A DNA stretch of 64,000 bases from Lytechinus pictus (taxonomy: Eukaryota), in assembly GCF_037042905.1 (NCBI RefSeq), contig NC_087249.1, positions 6,388,001 to 6,452,000 on the forward strand, written 5' to 3'. Position 1 is the stretch's first letter; each line of letters starts with the position of its first letter. The position numbers were made by a program, and so were the translations under genes. This document shows positions 51,715 to 64,000 of the stretch, in pieces. The notes beneath the pieces are model-generated. The model worked only from the letters and a program-made list of their open reading frames with translations, made no database searches and was not told the origin of the DNA.

Positions 51715-54700
51715 TTATATAGCACGTTACGTAATGTTTTAGCCCTCGACTGCTGGAAATCATCACCTCGAAGTGCAGTTATAGAGCTCATAAAATGCTT
51801 AATCTAAACATAATTATTGTTGTAGAATGACATAAAAAAATAAAATAAAATTTGTTTTAATTGCAAAACGTATGATATTTTAACGTTAACCTTAAGGGTT
51901 TCATTCCCTTGAAATTACAGACGATGGTCATAGTCGCTCAAGTATATTTGGCAGCTATAGATTATATAGATATATTAGGCCTCATTTTATTTTTTACTTC
52001 ACGCTGCTGTGCCGTTTGTTGTGCGATACCTTGCTCTTCATGTATGTATTATACATTTCATAATGAAATAAAACTCTGTAAAAGATTAATATTTAATGTT
52101 ATCACTGTGTCCTTGATTGTGGTAAAAACCAAATGTAATTTACACGAACTTTCTGTTTGTGTAGGCTTGTTTTAATGCCCCCCCCCCACCTCTCCCCAAT
52201 CATTAATTTTTGACACGCAATAGAACTTTGATTCTGGGCAGCGACCAGCTTTAGTTGTAGTATAGGTCTATGGACGGATCAACTTCAAACTTGTCGCTAT
52301 GAAAAAAAAATCAAATTTTCTGGTGACTTGGGGCGGAACAGGAAACCTGCACGATGTTTTAGCCTACTCACTGAAACCAAAATTGGGTGGACTGATGCCG
52401 GGAGCGAAAGAGAGAACAGTTGCCCCTCAGAATGAGCAAATTTCTACAGATGCCCTATACTTTGTTCAATGTCTGATGTTCGATGGCGCCAGAATTAACG
52501 AGGCACGGGCTATGTGCATAGAGAGCTGAATGCAACATTTAAGGGTGCTAGAAACAACACTTTGGGTGCTGAATACAGCGTGTCACGCGCTATATTTAGC
52601 ACACAAAGTGCTGAAAATCAGCACTCCGGAGTGCGGCAATCACTATATACACAAGATCCTAAATTGCTGGTTTTACATTTGATTTTTAAGAGTCCAAGTA
52701 TCAATGTTTAAGTAGAATATTAGGAATATTGAATAATGATACAGATGAATTGATCATGAACGAGGGCCACCTGACAGTTTTGAAAGTCGGAAGGGGGCTG
52801 AGCCAAAGTAGAGAGTGCAGAACCTGTATAAAATCACAATTTGATGGAAATTTTCATGTTTTTGTAGTCGATGTTGATTGACAGAGAATGTGGCGCTGAA
52901 GACCCCGATTCCGGGCCAAATGATGAAAACGGTAACAGATGAAGTAGGGGTCGCGTGCATAACATGTACACATCGATTGGATCATTAGTTAGATTATACC
53001 AAATTTTGACTATTATAATTGGGTGGGAAACATAGTAGCCCATACATCATTTGCACTAATAACCAATATAGGTTCATAGATTTTTCATTTTTCTTTGTTA
53101 GATTTTATGTTCCTTTGCAATATAAAATCACATACACCTATTTTTTTTATTTTATTTATTACACCAGTTTTGCACTGGTATAAACACCTCCATAATGATA
53201 ATAATACACTAGCCCCCCCCCCGGGCCCCCTTCTCCCTCTCTCCTTCTGTCTGTCTATATGTCTCTCCCCCTCTTTCTCTTTATTTCTCTCCTCCCCTTC
53301 TCTTTCTCAATACTAAGTATTCACGATCATGGTCAAAACTTCAAATTTTGATTAAAAGTTCATGTGATCAATAATGTGACACATTGTTTTTGAGTGACAA
53401 GAAGATAATTAGCTGGATATGGGAGACGGAACAACTGTTGATTTCATGAGTGAGTATGTTTGTATGACATTAGCAAATTTACAAAGTATGTCAGATTTAC
53501 CTTACTTATAATCATGGAACATTAATGGCAACTTGGATTTGTTTGAAGAAAAGGCGTTCATGAGAAATTGATTAAAGAGAGGTATGTATTGAATCCACGG
53601 AAATAAAAGGAATGTTATAGTTTTCTTTCACTTATGACAGCCAGAGACGATTCTTTGCTGAATGTACATAAATTGGCATTAAGTGGCACCCGCCCTATGA
53701 CATCTTTTTGAGGATTTGGAGAAAAAATATAGAAAATTATTAAAGAAAAAAAAAAACAGAGACAGCGGCAAATGGGGGCACGCCCACCCCCCCCCCCCCT
53801 TATATCGACTTTCAAATGGGGAAATGTTTTGATAAAAGGAAAAGGGAAATATTAAAATTGTATTTTTAGAAATTAAAAATGCGTCAATGATACACATTCT
53901 TTCGCAATATGATTAAAAAGATAATTTGATTTGATTCTGCGTTTACTAAATCTTGCATTTATATCCCATATTGAGTAGTGACCATGACAAACATATTAAA
54001 TTATTACCCCATTATGCACATTCGGTGCTTGTGACATGTGAAAGAATCTGCTTTCAAACTCTTTGTTTATTCGTTAAAATGCAATGTTCAAGAAGACTTG
54101 TCCCGCAGGGTCTTTATGATCTGTAGGTACAGTATATCGACGAACAACATCATAATGCTGCCAGAACAAAAGAAATTGCCCATTATAAATCTATTGTTCT
54201 GGCTTGGCCACACTATTCTGGCCCTGAGTTGAGTGTGAGGGGTATTTCGAACGAAAGAAGAAAGAGTCCTTTTCGTATAGAGCAGCTTGAACAGGAACTT
54301 TGCAATGAATATTGTTTATCTTAAAAGTGAATATGATGAGGTAACAAAAGCCAAAACCTAATTAATTACCGCGAGGCTGAGACATAGCCGTTAGCTCTCA
54401 CCGCATCGTAAGTCGGTCCTTTGTATTAAAATTAATTTCATTGGGTTTCATTGGTCAGAATGGTCAAAGGCCGGGTTGATATGCTAGTAAGTGCAGAACA
54501 CACAGCAGTGCTGCTGCATGCATGCAAACTTGGAATGGGCTGAAAAGCACCACTGTTACATAATAGACTGTGTATTCAAAACCACAGAAGCGAGACCAAT
54601 GAATTTTTTGTAGAAGTTAGAACATGATATGAGCTTCCTAGTTCCATGTATTTTACTGAGAATGATGTTTATTTTTTAAAGTAATTTAGCTGCATATCAG

Positions 54701-54816
54701 AGGGACATTTTGGGGGGACGCGCTGTATACTTACATTAACTATTATATTCACAATTTACTATAAGACCAATCAGAAAACTACTCAATAAACTGTACATTG
54801 GCTGATTTCACATCAT

Positions 54817-55058
54817 CTCAGTGGAAGAGCGACGTCCACCTCATGAACGGGAGGTCGGGGGTTCGATCCTCGGCTGAGTCATACCAAAGACTTAAAAAAA
54901 CGGGACCTTCTGCCTTCTTGCTTGGCGCTCAGCATTTAGATTGGAGAAGGGTAATGATAACATATTATTCAGGGCCCGCTGGTAGAGCAGTTTCCTAATT
55001 AACTGAAGTGGCTACCCTGAGTAAATAAAACGTTATTATTATTATTATTATTTTATTA
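54817..55058 (+). mobile_element. tRNA-derived SINE (same family as 35258-35492)
   Basis: B box GGTTCGATCC. Body and (TTA)n tail are colinear with 35258-35492. Confidence 0.88.
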
Positions 55059-56090
55059 ATGGGCAGCCTACACTCTCTTCATGAGGCGCTCACTTTGTTT
55101 TATCATCTAAAAAAGATTTTCATTCACTGTGGGTATATACATGTTGTGGGTATATACATGTATAGTTCCTGCAGATTTCCTACAGGTCAGTGTCTTATTT
55201 AAAGTTCAAGTTCAAGCGTTTTTATTTTTCATGTGTCAAATGCGCAGTTAAAGGTTACAATATAAAAATATGATAAAAAATGGAACATAATAATTGAGGT
55301 AAATTGGCAATAAATCTCAGATATACTGTACACTCTAAAAACAGTTAACACAATATTGGGTGAAATGGGAACGTGTATGCTTGGTGGGTAAAATGATACC
55401 AAATAATTTGTAAATTTTACGCAATGTTGCGTTGAAATTTACTCTTTAAACTTGCATTTTGCCCAATATGAGGGAAAAAAAATTACACAGCGAGCATGCT
55501 TGTTCCCTTTTTACCCAATATTGGGTAAATACAAAACCAATACCTTAATTACATGATATAAAACGTTAGAAAACATATAGGGGCATTGTAAAAAGGGGGT
55601 GTCATTGTTTGAAGAAAAAAAAAGGACTTTCGGTGGTGGCGGCTCGGAGTGCAAGACGAGAAAAAATATGTGGGATAAATGAAACCGAAAACCTCACCAT
55701 CCGACTCTCAGAGCTTTCGTTTTCTTCCTTTCTTGAAGAACCCTCCGACTTTAAAATCTTCTTGTCGATGAGCTCGTCTCGATGATCACGAAACCAGTGC
55801 AGCATGGGCATGGGCGGAAATCCCAGGGGGACAGGGGGACGTGTCCCCCCCTACTCAAAATAGTAGGGGGACACAATATCAAATGTCCCCCTACTATTTT
55901 TGTCTTTTATGATGGTAAGAAATACAACATTCTAAATCGAAATAAAACATGTATTTTGGGACGAGATGACCGTACTTTTGGGATAATAACCTTTTTTTTT
56001 GCTTGTCAAATTTTCCCGCCCCTTGTCCCCATAGGCGGATCCAGGGGAGCCGAGCCCCCCCCCCCCCTATTGGCGGAGCAAAGAAATAAA

Positions 56091-57270
56091 ACAAGTGGAA
56101 CGCCTCTGGCAGTCTCGCCTGCATTACGCAATTTAATATAGCAGCAGTGCTAACTTTGAAAACTACTATAAAATAATCATTCACAAACACACCACTCATA
56201 TAATGACATAATACCACGTTCATTGACCATAGATGACATTTGAACGGTGACTTAAGACTTTTCAAATACACCCATCTCCACATTTCATTCACTCTATCCA
56301 TAAACTTTCAAAGTTATGATGGCAATTCAACAATTACCCCAACATGGCCTAAGTTTATTGACCTTAACTGACCTTTGTTTTGTGACCTGAAACTCACAGG
56401 GGATGTTTAGTGATACTTGATTACTCTTATATCCCAAGTTTTATGAAATAGATCCATAAACTTCAGAGTTAGGATGGTAATTCAATAAATACCCCCAACA
56501 CGGCCAAAGTTCATTGACCTTAAATGACCTTTGGCCATGGTCATGTGACCTGCAACTCGTACAGGATGTTCAGTGATACTCGATTACTCTTATGTCCAAG
56601 TTTTATGAACTAGATCCATAAACCTTCAGAGTTAGGATGGTAATTTAACAAAGACCCCCAACACGGCCAAAGTTCATTGACCTTAAATGATCACTGACCA
56701 TGGTCATGTGACCTGAAACTCGCACAGGATATTCAGTGGTACTTGATTAACCTAATGTCCAAGTTTCATGAACTAGATCCATAAATTTTTCAAAGTTATG
56801 AAGGTAATTCAACAAATACCCCCAACTTGGCCAAAGTTCATTGACCCTAAATGACCTTTGACCTTAGTCATGTGACCTGAAACTCAGAAAGAATGTTCAC
56901 TAATACTTGATTAATCTTATGCCAAAGTTTCATGAACTAGGTCCATATACTTTCTAAGTTATGATGTCATTTCAAAAACTTAACCTTCGGTTAAGATTTT
57001 GAAAATAATTCTCCCAACATGGTCTAAGTTCATTGACCCTAAATGACCTTTGACCTTAGTCATGTGACCTGAAACTCAAGCAGGATGTTCAGTAATACTT
57101 GATTAACCTTATGTCCAAGTTTCATGAACTAGGTCCATATACTTTCTAAGTTATGATGTCATTTCAAAAACTTAACCTTAGGTTAAGATTTGTTGTTGAC
57201 GCCGCCGCCGCCGTCGCCGTTGGAAAAGCGGCGCCTATGGTCTCGCTCTGCTATGCAGGCGAGACAAAAA
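56091..57270 (-). mobile_element. Helentron/DINE-like non-autonomous element with an internal tandem array of about 120 bp units
   Basis: Sub-terminal inverted repeat GTCTCGCCTGCAT at both ends and a 5' hairpin at 57240-57266. About 6 repeats of AAGTTCATTGACC...GTCATGTGACCTGAAACTC. A/T-run flanks with no TSD. Confidence 0.8.
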
Positions 57271-57399
57271 GGGAAAGAACGAATGAAAAAGGAAAAAGGA
57301 GGGAAAAGAGAGGAGAAAAAGAAGAGAAGGATGACGAGTGCATAAAATAAGATGAGGGGAAGACTTGGAAAATAAAAAGAATCTTTCGTGGCACTATAT

Positions 57400-58370
57400 A
57401 AAATTTTCGCTCGCGCTTCGCGCTCGCATTGCCTATTAGGTGATTTACATATCTTGTTCAATATGGAGCTCAAATATCAAGTTTGGAAGTCAATATACAA
57501 AACATATTTCACCTCGAAAATCGAACTTTCATTATTTTGTGTGATTTACAAATTGATTTTTAAAAAGTGCTCTGTAAAAATGTCAGTTTTATGGTCTGAA
57601 TAATTTTATCAGGTACCTATTATTTTCGTGTATTCTATAAAGTTTTCAAAGTATCCCTTTTCAGGTCTGATTGTCAAGACATATCAGCTAGCGCTGCACG
57701 CTGGCATTTTGATTGGCGAGTTATGTATGTTTCAATATTGATTATACAACAAACTACTTAAAATCCCCTTTTCATGACAGTTTATCAAAAATTTTAGCTC
57801 GCGATTTGCGCTCGCATTAATGGTTAAAAATATATTAACTGATGCATCCTATTCATAATTACAAAAGTGAAATGTCCAGTTTTTATGCCATAATATCATC
57901 AGATTTCGCGCCCTCATTAGGCATTAATAAATATGATATTAATTTAATAATTAAATTGTCCCTTTTGTGTCATCTCGCGCTTAGCAAGAGGAATAGGAAG
58001 ATAGTCATCATTTTCATGACATGTCGTAAGGATGTGCCGGTCCTATGTCAAAACTCAAAGTAATAATGATGAAAATTTTAGCTCTTTTTTTTAAGTGCGA
58101 TCCATATCCACCTTACAATTTTCCTACAAAGTGCTTGAAAAATAAAGCTGTAATTGACTCTTTTTACAGATCGGAATATCAAAGTTTCATGATTTTCATG
58201 ATTAAAGATGTATTTAGAATGCCTAGATTCTAGGTCTAAATATGAAACACGCGCGCGCATGTTTATTCAAATACTCAACTTGTTCTCTATTTAAATCATT
58301 ATCCAGTTTCAGATCACAATATCAAAATTTTTCTGCTCGCGCTTTGTGCTCGCATTATTAATGTAGGAAG
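57400..58370. repeat. Degenerate GCTCGCGCTTCGCGCTCGC-containing repeat; continues at 63300-63860 and appears inverted at 22680-22910
   Basis: The motif recurs about every 100-150 bp on both sides of the 58409-63232 element. Confidence 0.75.
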
Positions 58371-59713
58371 ACTTTTCATGATTTACAAAACATTGATTTT
58401 GATTGATTTATTAGGTGGTCTGTCTATGACAGATCACCTATTGATTTCGCCAGAATTTTCTTTCTTTATTATTCTTTATTCTTTATTTATTTTTATTTCT
58501 TCCGTACACTTTTTTGTACACACGTTCACTCGAAATCGACATAGTCAATTTCTTTCAAATTTCTGTCAGTCATCAAGCTTTATGATTTCTAGTAAAATTA
58601 AGTTTTTCAAGGTCATCAGGTCATGATGACGTCATCCAGGCGCCATTTTGTAAAATCACATTGTCGATCATATCCCCATTATCAATTATCAAAAATCAAT
58701 CAAATAAACATCACATCAACTTCAGGTCAAGGGTCAACAGGTCATGTCATCAAAGGTCACCTGGAGGTCACGACGCGCGCGTACGCGCTCGTCAAATTTT
58801 TAAAATGCTCAAAATCACTTTTTGACCAAAGTAAAGTACGTTTCAGGTCATTTTAAGCATTTCAAAAATTTGCGCGCGCACACGTATGCGCGCGCGTTTC
58901 CGCGCGTAATGCCTTCAACGCAACGCAGAAACGCCGTTTTTTCTATATCAATGCACCGGTAATATAATTCTGAACAATTTGATACCTTGATCAACCTTCT
59001 ACGACAAGTAATAACGAAATTATCACCCGTTAAACTTTGCAGCACGTGTGCGCGCGAGCTCTCACTACAGGCCATATATGGGCAAAAACATGTCTATTGA
59101 AAATTCACTGTAGCTCTTTAAATAGTCCGTTGACCCCCAATTTTTTTTCATATCTCGATAGAGTATGAGTTGTAGATTTGATTTCATGTCACCATTGTCC
59201 CTCAATTTGATCATGACGTCATCAAAATTGCGCCTAAACTGAAAATTTCATTTTTTCAAAAATGACGTCATCAAATTTATGCAAATTTGATCATAACTCC
59301 GTGAATATTGATCATTTTTCGCCCAGATTTCGATATGTTGTAGTTTAGAATGTACTCTTTCTCGTCAGTTATCATGAATTTTCATTTTGAAAACTGCATC
59401 ACGGTGTAAAATTGCAATGAAAAGAGGCATGTCATTTTTCCTCATTTTACGTGTAATCTCTATGGGACATGACTTTTTCTCAAAACTAGATTCTACATTC
59501 CTCTATTTCGTGAGCTATATCTCCATTTTTTCTTGTTAGTTATCCCTGAGCTTTTGGTATGATGTAGCTGAGATTCTAAGCTTTCGGAAGTGTGCCCTCC
59601 ATTTTTCGATCAGATGCCAGGATCATGCCCGTTTTTCGATTGCAAAATTGGATTTGTAATTCTCAAATTTGCTTACGTGTAATCTCTATGGGAACGTGTA
59701 ATCTCTATGGGGA

Positions 59714-59785
59714 ATATCGTGGCTCAATGGATAACGCACTTGACTTGAGTTCTTGGGGGCGCAGGTTCGAGTCCTGCGGGTGAAC
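59714..59785 (+). other. tRNA-like module (pseudo-tRNA / Pol III A+B boxes), repeated at 62833-62904
   Basis: GTGGCTCAATGGATAACGC (D arm / A box) and GCAGGTTCGAGTCCTGC (perfect T arm / B box). Acceptor and anticodon stems pair poorly. A T-run follows. Confidence 0.7.
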
Positions 59786-59802
59786 AGGATGATTTTTTTT
59801 TC

Positions 59803-60600
59803 ATTAGGTGGTCTGTCGATGACAGATCACCTATTGATTTTGTTAGAATTTTCTTTCTTTATTAGGTGGTCTGTCAACGACAGATCACCTATTGATTTCG
59901 CCAGAATTTTCTTTCTTTATTTATTCTTTATTTATTAGGTGGTCTGTCTTTGACAGATCACCTCTTGATTTTGCCAGAATTTTCTTTCTTTATTTATTTA
60001 TTTCTTTATTCTTTATTAGGTGGTCTGTCTATGACAGATCACCTATTGATTTCGCTAGAATTTTCTTTCTTTATTCTTTATTTATTCTTTATTTCTTTAT
60101 TAGGTGGTCTGTCTTTGACAGATCACCTCTTGATTTTGCCAGAATTTTCTTTCTTTATTTATTTATTTCTTTATTCTTTATTAGGTGGTCTGTCTATGAC
60201 AGATCACCTATTGATTTCGCCAGAATTTTCTTTCTTTATTAGGTGGTCTGTCAACGACAGATCACCTATTGATTTCGCTAGAATTTTCTTTCTTTATTTA
60301 TTTATTCTTTATTAGGTGGTCTGTCAACGACAGATCACCTATTGATTTCGCCAGAATTTTCTTTCTTTATTTATTATTCTTTATTAGGTGGTCTGTCAAC
60401 GACAGATCACCTATTGATTTCGCCAGAATTTTCTTTCTTTATTCTTTATTTATTAGGTGGTCTGTCTATGACAGATCACCTATTGATTTCGCTAGAATTT
60501 TCTTTATTTATTTATTCTTTATTCTTTATTTATTAGGTGGTCTGTCAACGACAGATCACCTATTGATTTCGCCAGAATTTTCTTTCTTTATTTATTCTTT
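59803..60600 (+). repeat. Tandem array of 11 hairpin units (about 55 bp conserved core plus variable TTTA/TTTC linker)
   Basis: AGGTGG starts at 59806, 59864, 59937, 60018, 60102, 60183, 60241, 60314, 60386, 60455 and 60535. Confidence 0.95.
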
Positions 60601-63600
60601 ATTTATTTATTTTTATTTCTTCCGTACACTTTTTTGTACACACGTTCACTCGAAATCGACATGGTCAATTTCCTTTAAATTTCTGTCAGTTATCAAGCCC
60701 TATGATTTCAAGTAAAATCAACTTTTTCAAGGTCATCAGGTCATGATGACGTCATCCAGGCGCCATTTTGTAAAATCACATTGTCGATCATATCTCCATT
60801 ATCAATTATCAAAAATCAATCAAATCAACATCACATCAACTTCAGGTCAAGGGTCAACAGGTCATGTCATCAAAGGTCACCTGGAGGTCACGACGCGCGC
60901 GTACGCGCTCGTCAAAATTTTAAAATGCTCAAAATCACTTTTTGACCAAAGTAAAGTACGTTTCAGGTCATTTTAAGCATTTCAAAAATTTGCGCACGCA
61001 CAGGTATGCGCGCGCGTTTCCGCGCGTAACGCTTTCAACGCAACGCAGAAACGCCGTTTTTTTTATATCATTGCATTGATAATATAATTCTGAGCAATTT
61101 GATACCTTGATCAACCTTCTACGATCATTAATAACGAAATTAACACCCGTTAAAGTTTGCAGCACGTGTGCGCGCGAGCTCTTACTATAGGCCATATATG
61201 GGCAAAAACATGCCTATTAAAAATTCACTGTAGCTCTTTAAATAGTCCGTTGACCCCCAATTTTTTTTCATATATCGATAGAGTATGAGTTGTAAATTTG
61301 ATTTAATGTCACCATTGTCCCTCAATTCGATCATGACGTCATCAAAATTGCGCCTAAACTGAAAATTTCATTTTTTCAAAAATGACGTCATCAAATTTAT
61401 GCAAATTTGATCATAACTCCGTGAATATTGATCATTTTTCGCCCAGATTTCGATATGTTGTGGTTTAAAATGTACTCTTTCTCGTCAGTTAACATGAATT
61501 TTCATTTTGAAAAACGCATCATGGTGTAAAATTGCGATGAAAAGAGGCATGTCATTTTTCCTCATTTTACGTGTAATCTCAATGGGACATGACTTTTTCT
61601 CAAAACTAGATTCTACATTCCTCTATTTCGTGAGCTATATCTCAATTTTTTCTTGTTAGTTATCCCTGAGCTTTTGGTATGATGTAGCTGAGATTCTAAG
61701 CTTTCGGAAGTATGCCCTCCTTTTTTCAAAGTCATTAGGTCATCGTGACTTCATCCAGGCGCCATTTTGTAAAAATCAGGTCATTATCATATCTCGATAA
61801 CGAGTCATCAAAAATCAACTATATTTGGTATACATCAACTTCAGGTCAACGGTCAACTAAAAAATTCATCAAATTCCGCGCACGCACCTCGACGCGCACG
61901 TACGCGCGCATTAAAATTTTAAAATGCTCAAATTCGTTCCAAATTAATTTTCCATACGTTTTAGGCCATTTTAAGCATTTTGCAAAAAAACGCGCACGCA
62001 CATGCGCGCGCGTTTTCGCGCGTAATTGCTTCTTCCAACATAGAATCGCCAATTTTTTTTATATCAATGCACCGATAATATAATTCTGAACAATTTGATA
62101 CCTTGATCAACCTTCTACGACAAGTAATAACGAAATCATCACCTGTTAAACTTTGCAGCACGTGTGCGCGCGAGCTCTCACTACAGGCCCTATATGGCCA
62201 AAAAAAAGGGGCAATCGAAAGTTCACTATACCTCTTAAAATAGTCCGTTGACCCCAATTTTTTTTTCATATATCGATAGAGTATGAGTTGTAGATTTGAT
62301 TTCATGTCACCATTGTCCCTCAATTTGATCATGACGTCATCAAAATTGCGCCTAAACTGAAAATTTCATTTTTTTCAAAAATGACGTCATCAAATTTATG
62401 CAAATTTGATCATAACTCCGTGAATATTGATCATTTTTTACCCAGATTTCGATATGTTGTAGTTTAGAATGTACTCTTTCTCGTCAGTTAACATGAATTC
62501 TCATTTTGAAAAAGGCATCATGGTGTAAAATTGCGATGAAAAGAGGCATGTCATTTTTCCTCATTTTACGTGTAATCTCTATGGGACATGACTTTTTCAC
62601 AAAACTAGATTCTACATTCCTCTATTTCGTGAGCTATATCTCCATTTTTTCTTGTTAATTATCCCTGAGCTTTTGGTATGATGTAGCTGAGATTCTAAGC
62701 TTTCGAAAGTGTCCACCTTTTTTTTCGATCAGAATCAAGGATCATGCCCGTTTTTCGCTTGCAAAATTGCATTTGTAATTCTCAAATTTGCTTCCGTGTA
62801 ATCTCTATGGGAACGTGTAATCTCTATGGGGAATATCGTGGCTCAATGGATAACGCACCTGACTTGAGTTCTCGGGGGCGCAGGTTCGAGTCCTGGGGGT
62901 GAACAAGATGATTTTTTTTTTCTTTTTTTTTTCTTTTTACCACCTCGTACATGATCCTTTATGATAATTAAAAGGTATGAAAGTTAAAATTTAGCAAGAT
63001 TAAACAGATTATAATTACTATTTTCATATCACATGTATTTTCATATATCAAAGAGACACTTTTCACTGTGCTTTATCATCTCCCGTCTTTCACAAGTATT
63101 CCATCCATAATGAACATTCCGTTGTCATCATGAAGATCATATTGATCTGCTTGAACATGGTAAAAGTGATCATGATTGCGAGAATAAGGACAGACCACCT
63201 AATTCGTCCGCATGACGAATTAAAATCTAGTTTTATTTAAACATGGTAAAAATCCCTCGATCAGCCTATGGCTGTTTACAAAACATGAACAGAGTGGCCC
63301 ATTTTTAGGTCTAAATCTCGATTTTTTTTCTGCTCGCGCTCGCATCAATTGTTGAATTATATAGCTATCCTTTTCACGATTACAAAAATTGATTAAAATT
63401 TTCCATTCTATCTTTAGAAATTTTCAAAATTTTTCAGCTCGCGCTCGCATGTTTTTATTGTTGAAATATGTAACGCCTTCATGGCTAAGTGCAAGCAGTC
63501 CTTAACAGGTACCAGTTCAAAACGTATATAAACATTTTCTGCTCGCGCTTTGCGCTCGAATTATTAATACTCATCCTTTTCATGATTTACAAACTGAATA

Positions 63601-64000
63601 GAGTGTCTCGTTCAGTAAATATTATAGGACTAAATCTCGAAATTTTCCGCTCGCGCTTCGCGCTTGCATCAATTGTCTACTTATATACTTATTCTGCTTG
63701 AGTTACAAAAAGTGCTTAGAATTTCCATTCTTTAGGTGAAAATGTCAACAACAAAAATCAGCTCGCGCATTATTTGATTGTTAAATGCTAGCTGCACGCA
63801 GTCTTTAACAGGTATCTTTTCCATCAGTTCATTTCTGCTCGCGCTTTGCGTTCGTTGTAATTATTAAGTTCAGGGGCGGATCCAGCTTTTTATAAAGGGG
63901 GGGTTGGGGTGGTATGCGAGGGAGCGTAGCGACCGAGTCCAAGCGAGCGGAGCGAGCGAGGGTGTGGGAGGGGGGTGTCCCCCCTCCCACAGTAGGGAAA

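Larger units (their letters stand above)
58409..63232 (+). mobile_element. 4.8 kb Helentron/DINE-like composite element with internal duplications
   Basis: 5' AGGTGGTCTGTC-tat-GACAGATCACCT hairpin at 58413. 3' sub-TIR GACAGACCACCT (63189-63200), then hairpin AATTCGTC-cgcat-GACGAATT (63201-63221) and CTAG-TTTT. Three related blocks of about 1 kb lie inside. Confidence 0.82.

Noticed and set aside
52895..52922. Hammerhead-like CUGAAGA-CCCCGAUUCCGGG
   Set aside because: It is followed by CCAAA rather than GAAA, and there is no helix III or stem I.
59714..59785. Functional tRNA gene
   Set aside because: The acceptor and anticodon stems do not pair properly, and the module is duplicated as part of a repeat.
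59803..60600. CRISPR array
   Set aside because: The spacers are low-complexity TTTA/TTTC runs of variable length rather than unique sequences. There are no cas genes, the context is eukaryotic, and the repeat equals a transposon terminus.
59892..60715. Repetitive ORFs (RWSVYDRSPIDFARIFF / LGGLSMTDHLLISPEF)
   Set aside because: These are translations of the hairpin array, open in several frames with no coding signal.

Overview
This is AT-rich, repeat-dense animal (non-vertebrate) genomic DNA. The repeat landscape resembles an echinoderm such as a sea urchin, but that is inference only. Most ORF-track entries are spurious. The host genes are two tandem, + strand SLC10 (Na+/bile-acid cotransporter, ASBT/SOAT-like) paralogues with four coding exons each. 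Copy 1 is join(12593..12778,16625..16818,17903..18107,20618..21190), 385 aa. Copy 2 is join(38350..38553,39853..40046,40796..41000,46276..46812), 379 aa. All introns are GT-AG with identical phases (0,2,0). Intron 3 of copy 2 holds a young CR1-group (L2/Crack-like) LINE with an uninterrupted APE+RT ORF. Between the paralogues are two oppositely oriented minimal hammerhead-ribozyme motifs next to a decayed Penelope GIY-YIG endonuclease fragment. The last 8 kb is a nest of elements, including a 4.8 kb Helentron/DINE-like element. That element carries an 11-copy tandem array of its 5' hairpin (CRISPR-like in appearance only) and internal tRNA-like A/B-box modules. The rest is MITEs (TTAA, TA, 8-bp and 3-bp target types), tRNA-derived SINEs, LINE 3' remnants and microsatellites.
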